Origin: Botryllus schlosseri
Lineage: Eukaryota
Assembly (NCBI GenBank): GCA_051294905.1
Contig: CM119371.1
Location: 994,001-1,058,000 of the forward strand
Reading direction: 5' to 3'
Length of the DNA stretch: 64,000 nt
Shown here piece after piece: positions 41,281-53,606 of this stretch. Positions within the stretch are counted from its first letter, which is position 1. Each line of letters opens with the position of its first letter. Made by a program: the position numbers and the translations under genes. The notes beneath the pieces were generated by a model. It did not search any database and was not told the origin of the DNA. It saw nothing but the letters and a program-made list of their open reading frames with translations.

Positions 41281-42244
41281 CCACACAGAAAAATCACAGG
41301 TGGTCATGCAGTCTGCATCGCACTTTTCTACAAGTGTTAATCGGGGGTGGCTACCTAGCTTCACGCTGGGTTGCTATGACTCGATTTACCGGTGACTCGA
41401 CTTGACTCGAGTAATTTTTTCAAATACCTCTACTCGAATAAATTGATGTGTTGAAACAACTTGCCTCGAGCAATTTCTTCAATAGACTTGACTTTAGGAT
41501 TACCATATTCTGGAATCGGGAAAGGGGGACACTTTTTCAAAATATTTAAACTTGGAGAAGTCAAAATTATGTCAAAATTGTAGCGTTAGGCCAAAAATTG
41601 TCTAAATTGTTTACAAAGTAATAACTTTTTTGCAACCTGCGTTTCGTTCATTTTGTATATTTTGCAGTGTCTGTGAACTTGTCATTTGACATTTCACCGC
41701 TTGTAGCCTACTTTATAGGCCTGCAGTTGTAGACGGCACATGGTCTGCTTATTGTGAATCGTAAACATTCAAATGAAACAAATAGGTCAACATGGTGCTC
41801 AACGTACCGCAATATCCCAACTGAAGCTACACTGCGTGGACATTGCAAGGTTCTTATTTCAAGAAGTGTTGTGCTACTAAACATTTCAATTATCTCTACC
41901 ATAATCCGTGGTGTAACTTCTGCAATTCTTCATAGGGCCAGATTTTGTTAAAATAAAGTTGGAAAAATTTTCAGTTATCGATGCAAAAAAGTTATTTTCA
42001 GGCCTTACTACTTCGTAAGGAAAGACAGTTCCAACCGGAAATGAAGACAATTCTAACGTTATGTGGGAAAACACCTCATTTGTATACATTATTTTTTTTA
42101 AATCGGTCAAAAATGTCAAAATATTGATTTTTAGCTCAAAATCGTTCATTTTTAGGTTAAAAATAAGCCTAGTCAAAACCATACACGTCATCAAATTCTC
42201 CGTTGGGATTGCCAGCATTCTGATTGCATTTGCATTTTCCTTAC

Positions 42245-42334
42245 CATTCAGTGAGTCGATACAATTTGAAACTTTGTCGGAGGTAAGGTCTTGAATCGGA
42301 CGAGAGCACATCGCCTGGACATGCCAATGGCGAT
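42245..42334 (-). pseudogene. 90-bp phase 1-1 exon DRHWHVQAMCSRPIQDLTSDKVSNCIDSLN; decayed paralogs at ~30458-30552 and ~38970-39073
   Basis: attcag acceptor, gtaagg donor, three recognisable paralogous copies. Confidence 0.5.
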
Positions 42335-42988
42335 CTGAATAGAAGATGTCATAAATGTGACAGCAACGTATTGAATTTGAAACATATGAATACAAGCAGG
42401 AAAATAATGTTCATGCATCTGAGATCTTATGATCATACATACAACACACTTGATATCAAAAAGAAACCATCAAGTTTCTCATTAAATTCAAATTTCTGAT
42501 ATTTATTTATTTATTTTATATTTTTGTTATTTGGCATCGCCATGACCCAACATATCCATCACTGTTTCAATTCAATAGTGAAAATCGCCTAATAGTTTTA
42601 TGGTCTTGTTCTACGTTCACTTTAGTTACAGCAAGTAGTAGAGGTGGACCGATATCGACCTAGCCGATGATCGAGGCCAATGTTTGGAACATCGCTCCGA
42701 GTTCTCAGTCCCAGGAAATCGACGACACAAAGGGGGCTTGCGTGACAGATTGCCCTTGCAGGACAAGTTGAACTGGGTGAGCATGCAGTGAAACTATGCT
42801 TCCTGCATCACAGCCTACCTCTACTGGACTGATCTGTGATTCTGCATCATCTTTTGCTCTTTGGGATATCCCACATTTCACTGAATGTGCACAATTAAGC
42901 AATAATTGTTTTCTAGTTTGTTGATCAGCTTTCTGTGTCATGTACAAGAGACAACTGCCCTAATCTTACAGAACAGAATAGAACAGTA

Positions 42989-43598
42989 GGGCTGTTCGAA
43001 AAAATCTTCTTTTTCTGAATCTTGTTGGCTGCATCATTAAATCATTAGTTTGGCTCAAAAAACGATGTACACGAAATTGGAATTCATACCAACCGGTAAG
43101 CGCGGACTTTGTACAGTTTGATAATTTTGAATGTACCCAAAAATGCAAAAAAAAAATTTCAAATTTTTGGTCAACCCCAAGAAATTGTTGCACTGTCTTC
43201 AAAAACTATCCAAAACAAATTTGACTCAATTCCAACCAGTAAAAGCAGGGACATTTGAGTTTTTCTTTGATAACTCTGGGATTATCCTTGATCGGTGGAT
43301 AATCCAAGAATTATCAACGAAAAACTCGAATAACTCTGCTTCTACTAGTTGGAATCGAGTCAAATTTGTTTTGCATCGGTCATTCAGTCCGCGCAACAAT
43401 TTCACGAGGTTGACAGAAAAATATGGAAATTATTTTTTATGGCATTTTTGGGTAAATTCAAAATTTTCACACTGTACGAATTCCGCGCTTACCGGTTGGA
43501 ATGAATTCAAATTTCGTGTGCATCGTTTCTAAGGCAACCCAATGATTTAATCACATGGCCAACAAGATTCAGGAAAAAAAACTTTTTTTGAACGGCCG
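42989..43598. mobile_element. Fold-back MITE (whole element an imperfect palindrome), Tc1/mariner-like
   Basis: Arms of ~300 bp centred near 43293; TA on both flanks. Confidence 0.85.
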
Positions 43599-44133
43599 TA
43601 CTGCGCAGTTTGTCGTAGTGGTATGGCGGAAGAGAGGGACATGGCATATTTTGCACCATTCACCCATGATTCGGCGACTTCAAAATACTGCACTATAGTT
43701 GTTCCAGACGCAAATGAATAGCTTTGCAGAGCATAGAGGCAACTAGAGTGGAACATGGCGTAACTAAAACATCATGACTTTGCACTCCCCATGCATTAGT
43801 TTTCTGAAGAAAATAGCTACGGCCGAAAAGAAATCATGATTTATCTTTAATTTGATACCACATCAGTTTTAGAGCAAAATGACCCTTCCAAACAATAATT
43901 TTTGAATATGTTTATATGACAACATATTTCAACAACTGATACTTCAGCAATCACGTGTTAAGACCATGCACACACAGTATCCGGCCGGAAATATCGTTTT
44001 ACTGGCCTTTTATGAATGTATCTATTTTTCCAATGTCGCTATAGGCTACAACTAGAGTAGCAATAATCGGCAGCTTTATCAACGTGAGAGACACGAAGAT
44101 AATTTTTGTTTGGGTCTTCATATAACGTTGAAC

Positions 44134-45029
44134 CAGTGTTGGGATCAAGTCAAGTGCTACCTTCGAGTCACGAGTCATTACACATTTTGACTCGAGTCAA
44201 GTCAAGTCAATCGATTTTCGAAGGTGACTCGAGTCAAGTCAAGTCACTCGATTTTTAGAGTTGACTCGAATCAAGTCGAGTCAAGTCAAGTCAAGTCGCA
44301 AGTCAAGTCACAATTCAAGTCAAAATGCCTTTTCGGAGTATGAGGCATGCTTATGTCTTTGCACTCTGCTAACTGTCTGAAATACAGATTAAATGGTCAT
44401 TGATTCCGAACAGATGAACGATTATAGACTGAATATACATGAAAGAAGGCGCTGTTTCATTCACATATAGCCTACGTAGAAACCCTAAACTACGTAAGCA
44501 ATTGCATAGCCTCAGTTTATAGTTACCTGTCAAAATAGATCATTGAGAAACGAATTGATAAGATGCAATACATTACCCATTTACAAATTGATATGATATG
44601 ATACAAACTCAAGACTGCGCGAATAATTCGGGACTATATGAGCTATATTCGTATTCAATTTTAAAAAATCAAGAGGTTCGGTTATGACAGCGCAAGCTTC
44701 ACTTCGGTTGTGGTCAATATATTTATGAGAGAACGATGGAGGCTCAGTAAAACGCACGATCATTGGATGATTGGCCGTTCTCACGATTTAACGTTTCGTG
44801 AACAATCCGACCATATACAAAATACTGTGATTTTTATCGACGTCTATTGCTTGATGACTTGAAATTGACTCGTGAATTTTGCTCCAAGTCACGAGTCAAT
44901 CCACATTTCTGACACGCCAAGTCAAGTCAAGTCATTTTAGCATAGTGACTCGAGTCAAGTCAAGTCAAACGAAAAAAATGACTCGAGTCTGATTCGAGTC
45001 AAGTCATGACTCGAGTCATCCCAACACTG
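44134..45029. mobile_element. GACTCGAGTC-family hAT MITE inserted in a pseudo-exon
   Basis: TIR CAGTGTTGGGAT; exact TSD CGTTGAAC; paralogous empty site at ~32183-32208. Confidence 0.93.
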
Positions 45030-47306
45030 CGTTGAACTGCATAAAATGTCGGGGCAGTTTCATGCTATCTGTAAGAAAGGGTGCCGTATAATAATTGTAA
45101 GGGATATATACAATAGACACCCAGGTTGAGATAGATGCCGACATTAATGCCAATCAATTAGAATAATTAAATATTTTCAGGCGGAGTCATGGTGGTAGCA
45201 AACATTGTTGCTACTCAAGAACAGTACCGATACCGTACTGAAATATTAACTGGGAGAGTCCAGAGATTATTCATAACATTGATGCTAATCAGTATAGTTG
45301 TCAAATTTTTCAATTTGTGGCAAAAATTTCCAAGTAGATAGAAATGAGAGGGAGAATCCGATAATAATGTCACACTTAACTGATTTCTATAGACAATGAC
45401 CCATAACACGAGCTACATTCAGGGCCGAGTATCAAAAATAATTAGGGCTAACCTCTTACTTACATGACAGAATAGACCAAACTTTATACCATACCGAAGT
45501 GAACAGGGTTTCAACGTCAAAATAGCTCAATTACAGACACAATTTCAAATCTTCCTTGAAAAAACCTTTCAATTTCACAGTTGAATGATAAATGATCATT
45601 AAAAGCTTATTTTTCATCATGCTATAACTTGGACACTATACTTATGGTATGTAGGCTATTTCATTCAAAATATATTGATATTTACTAAGATATATTCCAC
45701 TAGGTTATGAGCCAAATTTATGAAAAATATGAAACTAGATGGAATCCAAATCTATTATCATGGCACAAGCAATCCGTTACGCTGGATTGATCACAACTCA
45801 AGGTTAAACTTGATAAGACTCGCAGTATTGTTTTACATTGAGGTACATATTATCTATAGGACCGTGGTACAATGATTTGCGTACCAGTACTCGAATCTGA
45901 ATCTAGTATCATCAACTCTACTGATTCGAGTTAGCAGTGAAACATGATTTTTTTGACTAATGAAGCTTTACGCCCAGTTCCATCAAAAAATTATTAATTG
46001 CATAAATTTTCTGAAACTTTGATTGGTCGTATCGCAACATACGAAATATGTTGTACAAAGCTATGAACGTTAGCGGAAATGACATTTCTGTGTAACTGTG
46101 ATTGACTTACAACATTGTCACAAAGACAAATAAAGTATTTTCGAAAAATACCAAATCATCATTATGCGGTGAGGAGGCGGCCTTATGTTACGTAGTTGCA
46201 TGAAAAGTAGGCTACATATTCAAGCTTTTGGGTCTCCCATATACTTATATCATCATCATAAGTGATTATCAAATACTCGGCGTGAAGCCTAATACTTATT
46301 CAGAATAGAATCTCTCAGGTACCGGTAGGCTATTCGAATTTGCCCAGATGTAAGCCTAGTACATACCAGCAAATCTTTTTCCTGCATGATTTCGTCTTCA
46401 GCATCATCGTCCATCGGTAATTCCATTTCAAGTCAACAGCACAGTAACCCACTAGGTCTTAGATTTTCATGTTATTGTAGGATTACATCTGGTATCTAAC
46501 ACTGAGTGTGGAAAACATTATATTTGCAATATTCAGACACTGAAACCATTATGTGCTCACTCAACGATGAAGTTTAATTAGTTTCACATTCCCTGTTAGA
46601 GTAAAGGTCATAAAACAGCATTATGAAGTAGTGAAGAGCAGATTATGCTGTCTAATAACAGAATACAAGAAACTCTTGATACTCCAGAGAAAATTTTCAA
46701 CAATGAAATAGGGTCAGGGGTCAATATCAGTCTTAGTAGCCTACCTCTTTCAAGATCGATTATGTGTGACATAAACTTTTAAGGAACATTTTAAGCGCAA
46801 TTCTGTCCACACAATAATTGGGAAGCAACGTGTTGAACGCTGGTTGGGGAGAGAAATATGGCTAACATGTTTTGGTTAATAATATTTGATTGGTAGTCTA
46901 GCAGGCCTAGTCTCAATAAACTTCATACTTACGGTATATACTTCTGAATCCAATCTGTAATTCAATTTCAAATCAAACAAAAATTAGATAGGGTATCAAT
47001 AAAGTTTCAGATTTTGCAAATATTTGGATCAAGACATTATGAAGTATGAGTTGATATGATTGAAAAGCAATTTATTTTAACGGAATACCATTAGGCCAAC
47101 ATGAGCGTTATCAGGTTATCACATATAAAAAAAAACTTTTTCTGCTCATTTAACCTTGAAATGGAAGTTTTTCAAGCTGATGTGAAATTTTCTGTAAATG
47201 AGATACTTTTGCAATAAATAGTTGTTCTCATTGTGATGTTACATAAGTTGATTGATTTTATCATGCAAGAGTTGAGGTAATAAGTTTAGGTACTAAGCCC
47301 ATAATG

Positions 47307-49435
47307 CAGTGTTTCTCAACCCCGAGTCCGCGGACTCAAATGAGTCCGCGGAAGGTCCTTGGTGAGTCCGCGAACACAGGAATTTTCAGTAACTTAATCG
47401 GCTCGGCACACTTTTTCTTCCACTTCCGATATTATTTCGGAACATGTAATTGACAGACCTACGGGGCTCGCTCACTTTCGGACCAATGTCATTGTAGCCT
47501 TACGGAGAAAATAGCTTTTTGGTCCGAAAGTGAATGAGCCCCGGTCCGGTTTCGTCAAATTCCGATTTGAGAATTAGGCTGAGTGATTTGCAAAATACCT
47601 ATTTTGAAAGGTTAGTAACCTTTAATAGCTGTCATAAAAAATGCATAGATACCTCAAATATGTGACTGGCGGCACTCAACTTCAATAGTGCTTTCAGAAC
47701 TACATTCATTGCAGTAGAATTTATTACCTCGGTGACTTTTCGGGTTTCCCTTATCAAGAATTAACCGCACCATAAAAAGGATGAAGAGTTTGTATACAAT
47801 CTTTCAATATTCCATTAATATATTCCGCTGATTGTCTGTGTAACGTCTTCTGAGAATTGTATAATTTGATTCTCTATTATCCCTTTATTATGACTACCGG
47901 AGTACCGGTACAGCTGACTTTGGCCAGCTACCGTTCCTTTCTATCATTGCATTGTTACGTCATAATTTGCCCATTTGGATTTTGTTTGAATCTCTTTCTC
48001 TATGCTTCTTATTGTGCCGTTACCTCTTGTTGATAAGGGGCATGCATACGAAATTCCGGCAAGTTAATAAATTATACTGCAGTGAATGTAGTTTTGAAAG
48101 CAATATTAGAGATACCTCAATAAGGGATGTTTGGCCTCATATATTTCAAACGCAAGAACAACGAAACAGCACTACTACAAATTGATCAGCATTCCAAGCA
48201 TTATTCGTTCTCCTGAGATTTTCTGTGTCTTGGGCAAACCAGTTGGTTGCAAGTATCACAGGCAAAGCGGGTATGCTTTGCACATCTGTCGCATCATCCT
48301 GGTTTGATACCAATCACGCCAGGTATAAAACCCCTATTATCGCCAACTGGAATTTTTCAAAATGCCCTACATTTATGTTCGAGGTAGCCTATTGCTAAAA
48401 TTGTCATAAGCAATTCTATCACGGTCATAAACTCTACAATTTTGGTCGGATTGACTTGAATTTAGTACGAATGGACTCGGAATTCAATGCTGCGTGTTCA
48501 CTATTAACAATTCACATAGAGAATATGCCAGGTATAAACCTCTGGGACAGCTGTTTATACACACGTATGCGGGACCGTAACTGCCGTACATCAAACCGCC
48601 ATAATTGAGGGCGGACCTCGAAGGGGGGCCAAAACTATTCGTGAATTAACATAAATTATAGAGTGTTTTTTGAAAATTTATGCAACTTTTTAGAAAAATT
48701 ATATCATTATATCATATTCCGAAACGTCTCACTCAGCTCGACCGATAAATCTGAATGCATGAGCAGAGATAGCATAAAAAATTTACAGCTATATATATAT
48801 AGATGCAATCCCCGATCATGTTGACCGATTCAATCATGAATTATGGAATATTTTCGCGCCTCGCGCGGTTTATTCGAAACAAAACGACTGAATGAATGGT
48901 ACAAAAATTTCGCTGAGAAGTAGCGGTAAAAAGGTATCGGAAGGGGGGGGGGGTCTGGGGGTAAAGCCCACCAGTAGTTAGGTTTATAGCCTGTGTGGCC
49001 CAAGACCAACGTTTTGTTATTGAGGGGGGCAGACGAAGTGCTGTCACGGTCCTGCACGTAGGCACATTGCACTGGTTTCCGGCGCGATATACGCTGAGTG
49101 CTGGTAATTGATTATGGCGACTTGTTCACTTACAGACTATCTGGAAAATTACAAATCGTAGGGACATGTGCTAATCACAGAAACAATCTATAGTTGTCTA
49201 ATATAAGTGGAACTCGAGATGTTGACTGCATTACTGAATAGTTGCTTGAATTGCAAAGCCAACAGATGTGGAAAGCCAGATTTAAGAAAGCTTCCTTAAC
49301 TCAATTTTGGCTCATTTTTTTTTGTTGATACCGTATGATACCGTAAAATATTTTTCAGTAATATATAGCTTGAGTCCGCGGGTATACTGGCGAGCTTGAG
49401 ATGAGTCCGCGGGTAAAAAAGGTTGAGAACCACTG
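47307..49435. mobile_element. Non-autonomous hAT (Buster-type) with nested MITE 48570-49054
   Basis: TIR CAGTG(T/G)TTCTCAACC; exact TSD CCATAATG; GAGTCCGCGG repeats; nested element TSD CACGTATG/CACGTAGG. Confidence 0.9.
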
Positions 49436-50677
49436 CCATAATGTCTCCCACTCATATCTGTCTATATCGCAGGCCTACTTCAAAACTTTTGTGAAGGGTT
49501 TCACATGAATTCTGTTACGACATGGAATATATACTTGAGTACCATAAGTTAGATGTCAAAATTCTGTAACTAGAATATGGAGCATAATTTTCAGCTAAAT
49601 CACCACATTTTTATAATCTGAAATATTCCCTGTAGTCACAAGTTCGTTAGTAAATATTACCTAAAAACTCATTTCCTAAAGATTCTATGCTACAGCAGTA
49701 TACAACACTATTTACCAAAAAATTCAAGTAAACAGAAATGATAGGGAGAGTTATGAATTATTTTTACACGCAGCGATTTCCATGGGCTTCACCTTCAGCT
49801 ACATTCTTGGCAGGGCACCAAAGATGAATATTTTCTCACTGGCTTGCTGAATTCACCAATTTATACAACATGACAACATTCTCAGGTATAATTAGCTCAT
49901 TTATAGAGACACAAGTTCAGATCTGCATAAAAACAGCACTTGGATTTCACGGTTAAATGTGCAGAAAGCTTGTTTTCATCACGCGATAACTTGAAAACTT
50001 CATTCAAAATGGATACCGGTAGCTATCTACTCAGCTATAGCATTTTACAAGGTGATGAGTCAAATTTCAGCAAAATCTGCAACTTGATGGAGACCGAATT
50101 TCTCTTTGGTTCATTTCACATAGAATTATCTATATACAGCAGTCACAAACAATCCAGTAAACTGGCTTGATCATGGCTTAAGGTTGAACTTAATCAGACT
50201 TGCAGCATCATTTTAATTCAGTAATTTCATTCTCAAGTGAGGCAGGAACGAACGATCGATACTCCATGGAAACTCGCAAATCATGTTTGATAGAAGCTGT
50301 AAGCCAATATGTTATCGGTGTCTCGTACGGACTAAAGACTCTACTGAATACACACAGGTGTGAAGCAAGACGCTGAGAACCGTCTTGGCACACCAAACAT
50401 ATTACTCTAAACGTATCAGGATTCCATTTTCGGGCATAAACACTACTTCCTTGGCGAGAGCGATTTTTAGAGTCCGGGGTTACCGGTATTGACTATCAAG
50501 CCATGTTACCATTTCAAATGATTTCACATCACACCAAACCTTTCGTAACAGACAGATGCAGCCAGAGGCCATCACAATTTCGAGTTGGTAACCTCTACTC
50601 CTATCGATATACGAAGACTGTACTGTTGTATGTGAGCATAGTAGAAGCGATTAAATAGTATATTCATATTGAAATGA

Positions 50678-50711
50678 ACCCGAATATTTTCGGCTGACAC
50701 TCGTCAGGGGT
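50678..50711 (-). ncRNA. Minimal type I hammerhead ribozyme (left-arm copy)
   Basis: Reverse complement of 53573-53606. Confidence 0.8.
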
Positions 50712-50812
50712 AATCGTCAGCAACTAGTAGAGAATTGGAAAGAACATTGTATATCAACAATCGTATCACAAAATATGACGTCACCAGCATGAAATTTCGA
50801 ATGAGAGAGCGT

Positions 50813-52129
50813 TCAATGTACTATTTTTAGGTGATACACGAACTCCTTTTGTTGACAGAGTTTTGGTTGGTGTATTTTGATAAAAGTTGATTCCAAGGCA
50901 CACAAATGGAATTGTGAACGGCCTCGACCTACGATTCGAAATCGGTCGTCTCGATAATTATTCGCACAAATCGGATTATCCAACAGATGTTTGCCGATGG
51001 CAGAATTAATTGCCTTTGATCGATCAGCATCAATCTTAAGTGGATGAGTTAAGGGTGAGCTTTTCACATCGCGTGACGCACGTGTTCTGATAAATCTGGG
51101 GACATGTTGGTTAATGCGGTCCTGCAGACGTCTTGACGTTCTTCCCACGTAGCCACAATCACAGTGGCACCTATATTCGTACACTACATTACTTTGTTGA
51201 AGTGCAGGAAGCACGTCTTTGCGTGTTGAAGGGAGCAGTTGTGTTGTTGTAAAAATCACATTGGTTTTGACTGTATCGTAACATTTACCGACAGCAGAAA
51301 TCAATTGTTTTTCAAAGCGGGTGGAAATGGGGCCAATCCAAGGTAGATGGATATAAACATCTTTTATTGTTCGTGCGGTGGGCTCTGTTCGTTTTTCTGC
51401 GTTGAATTGCGTTAATTTCCTCTCCATGCCGCGGCTGATGACGTGTTCAGGGTAACCGTTATCAAGTAAGATTTTTCGGATGTAGTCAAGTTCTAAACTC
51501 AGTTTGTTACCCGAACATATCATCAACGCTCTATGCACGAGTGTGCCTATGAGGTTAATTTTTCTGCGCCGAGGACTAAATGAATTCCAGCGAAGGTATT
51601 GGCCTGTGAATGTCGGTTTTCTGAAAACAGACGTTTCAAATTTGTTGGTATTGCGCTTTTCAACTAATACGTCCAGAAATGATAATGAGTTATTGCGTTC
51701 TTTTTCTATTGTGAATTGCAAGGCCGGGTGAAGCGAGTTTAAGCGAATGAGAAATTGGTCACACTCCGATTCATTCCTGAAAATGACAAATGTATCATCT
51801 ACGTATCGGCGGTACAATAGTGGTTTGGCGGACTCACGCTGGGACAGAAGCTCGACCTCGTAATACCCTACGAAAATGTTGGCCGAAATAGGTCCCAGGG
51901 GACTTCCCATGGCTAAGCCGTCTATTTGGCGAAACATGACCTCGTTAAAGCTAAATTCCACGCAGCAAGTTGCCGCTTGTAAAAGTTCAACAAAGACGTT
52001 ACGCGGGATTGATGGTGGCGGTAACTTACCACCGTACAGCGCGTTGGCACAAATATCAATAGTCTCATGCAGCGGAACGTTCGTAAAAAGACTAGAGATA
52101 TCAAATGAGCTCAGAAACACGTCTGGATT
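50813..52129 (-). CDS. 5'-truncated PLE reverse transcriptase + GIY-YIG endonuclease (left arm)
   Basis: Mirror of the + copy; differs by ISANIF vs ILANIF. Confidence 0.9.
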   Translation of the reverse strand, partial: NPDVFLSSFDISSLFTNVPLHETIDICANALYGGKLPPPSIPRNVFVELLQAATCCVEFSFNEVMFRQIDGLAMGSPLGPISANIFVGYYEVELLSQRESAKPLLYRRYVDDTFVIFRNESECDQFLIRLNSLHPALQFTIEKERNNSLSFLDVLVEKRNTNKFETSVFRKPTFTGQYLRWNSFSPRRRKINLIGTLVHRALMICSGNKLSLELDYIRKILLDNGYPEHVISRGMERKLTQFNAEKRTEPTARTIKDVYIHLPWIGPISTRFEKQLISAVGKCYDTVKTNVIFTTTQLLPSTRKDVLPALQQSNVVYEYRCHCDCGYVGRTSRRLQDRINQHVPRFIRTRASRDVKSSPLTHPLKIDADRSKAINSAIGKHLLDNPICANNYRDDRFRIVGRGRSQFHLCALESTFIKIHQPKLCQQKEFVYHLKIVH

Positions 52130-52154
52130 TGCCTGGATTTGCCTGGATTTGCCG

Positions 52155-53471
52155 AATCCAGACGTGTTTCTGAGCTCATTTGATATCTCTAGTCTTTTTA
52201 CGAACGTTCCGCTGCATGAGACTATTGATATTTGTGCCAACGCGCTGTACGGTGGTAAGTTACCGCCACCATCAATCCCGCGTAACGTCTTTGTTGAACT
52301 TTTACAAGCGGCAACTTGCTGCGTGGAATTTAGCTTTAACGAGGTCATGTTTCGCCAAATAGACGGCTTAGCCATGGGAAGTCCCCTGGGACCTATTTTG
52401 GCCAACATTTTCGTAGGGTATTACGAGGTCGAGCTTCTGTCCCAGCGTGAGTCCGCCAAACCACTATTGTACCGCCGATACGTAGATGATACATTTGTCA
52501 TTTTCAGGAATGAATCGGAGTGTGACCAATTTCTCATTCGCTTAAACTCGCTTCACCCGGCCTTGCAATTCACAATAGAAAAAGAACGCAATAACTCATT
52601 ATCATTTCTGGACGTATTAGTTGAAAAGCGCAATACCAACAAATTTGAAACGTCTGTTTTCAGAAAACCGACATTCACAGGCCAATACCTTCGCTGGAAT
52701 TCATTTAGTCCTCGGCGCAGAAAAATTAACCTCATAGGCACACTCGTGCATAGAGCGTTGATGATATGTTCGGGTAACAAACTGAGTTTAGAACTTGACT
52801 ACATCCGAAAAATCTTACTTGATAACGGTTACCCTGAACACGTCATCAGCCGCGGCATGGAGAGGAAATTAACGCAATTCAACGCAGAAAAACGAACAGA
52901 GCCCACCGCACGAACAATAAAAGATGTTTATATCCATCTACCTTGGATTGGCCCCATTTCCACCCGCTTTGAAAAACAATTGATTTCTGCTGTCGGTAAA
53001 TGTTACGATACAGTCAAAACCAATGTGATTTTTACAACAACACAACTGCTCCCTTCAACACGCAAAGACGTGCTTCCTGCACTTCAACAAAGTAATGTAG
53101 TGTACGAATATAGGTGCCACTGTGATTGTGGCTACGTGGGAAGAACGTCAAGACGTCTGCAGGACCGCATTAACCAACATGTCCCCAGATTTATCAGAAC
53201 ACGTGCGTCACGCGATGTGAAAAGCTCACCCTTAACTCATCCACTTAAGATTGATGCTGATCGATCAAAGGCAATTAATTCTGCCATCGGCAAACATCTG
53301 TTGGATAATCCGATTTGTGCGAATAATTATCGAGACGACCGATTTCGAATCGTAGGTCGAGGCCGTTCACAATTCCATTTGTGTGCCTTGGAATCAACTT
53401 TTATCAAAATACACCAACCAAAACTCTGTCAACAAAAGGAGTTCGTGTATCACCTAAAAATAGTACATTGA
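52155..53471 (+). CDS. 5'-truncated PLE reverse transcriptase + GIY-YIG endonuclease (right arm), probably Penelope/Poseidon type
   Basis: RT motifs SFDISSLFTNVP, GLAMGSPLGP, RYVDDTF, FLDV, thumb FRKPTFTGQYL; endonuclease NVVYEYRCHCDCGYVGRT..RL..R..QH...SAIGKH...LE; no Cys-rich linker between RT and endonuclease. Confidence 0.93.
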   Translation, partial: NPDVFLSSFDISSLFTNVPLHETIDICANALYGGKLPPPSIPRNVFVELLQAATCCVEFSFNEVMFRQIDGLAMGSPLGPILANIFVGYYEVELLSQRESAKPLLYRRYVDDTFVIFRNESECDQFLIRLNSLHPALQFTIEKERNNSLSFLDVLVEKRNTNKFETSVFRKPTFTGQYLRWNSFSPRRRKINLIGTLVHRALMICSGNKLSLELDYIRKILLDNGYPEHVISRGMERKLTQFNAEKRTEPTARTIKDVYIHLPWIGPISTRFEKQLISAVGKCYDTVKTNVIFTTTQLLPSTRKDVLPALQQSNVVYEYRCHCDCGYVGRTSRRLQDRINQHVPRFIRTRASRDVKSSPLTHPLKIDADRSKAINSAIGKHLLDNPICANNYRDDRFRIVGRGRSQFHLCALESTFIKIHQPKLCQQKEFVYHLKIVH

Positions 53472-53572
53472 ACGCTCTCTCATTCGAAATTTCATGCTGG
53501 TGACGTCATATTTTGTGATACGATTGTTGATATACAATGTTCTTTCCAATTCTCTACTAGTTGCTGACGATT

Positions 53573-53606
53573 ACCCCTGACGAGTGTCAGCCGAAAATAT
53601 TCGGGT
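53573..53606 (+). ncRNA. Minimal type I hammerhead ribozyme in the PLE 3' UTR
   Basis: ACCC-CUGACGA-G UGUCAGC C-GAA AAUAUU C-GGGU: complete core, stem I ACCC/GGGU, 1-bp stem II, palindromic stem III; predicted cleavage after C53602. Confidence 0.82.

Noticed and set aside
51876..52154. First 93 residues of the 531-aa ORFs as a native PLE N-terminal domain
   Set aside because: They are the antisense translation of the opposite arm plus the spacer.
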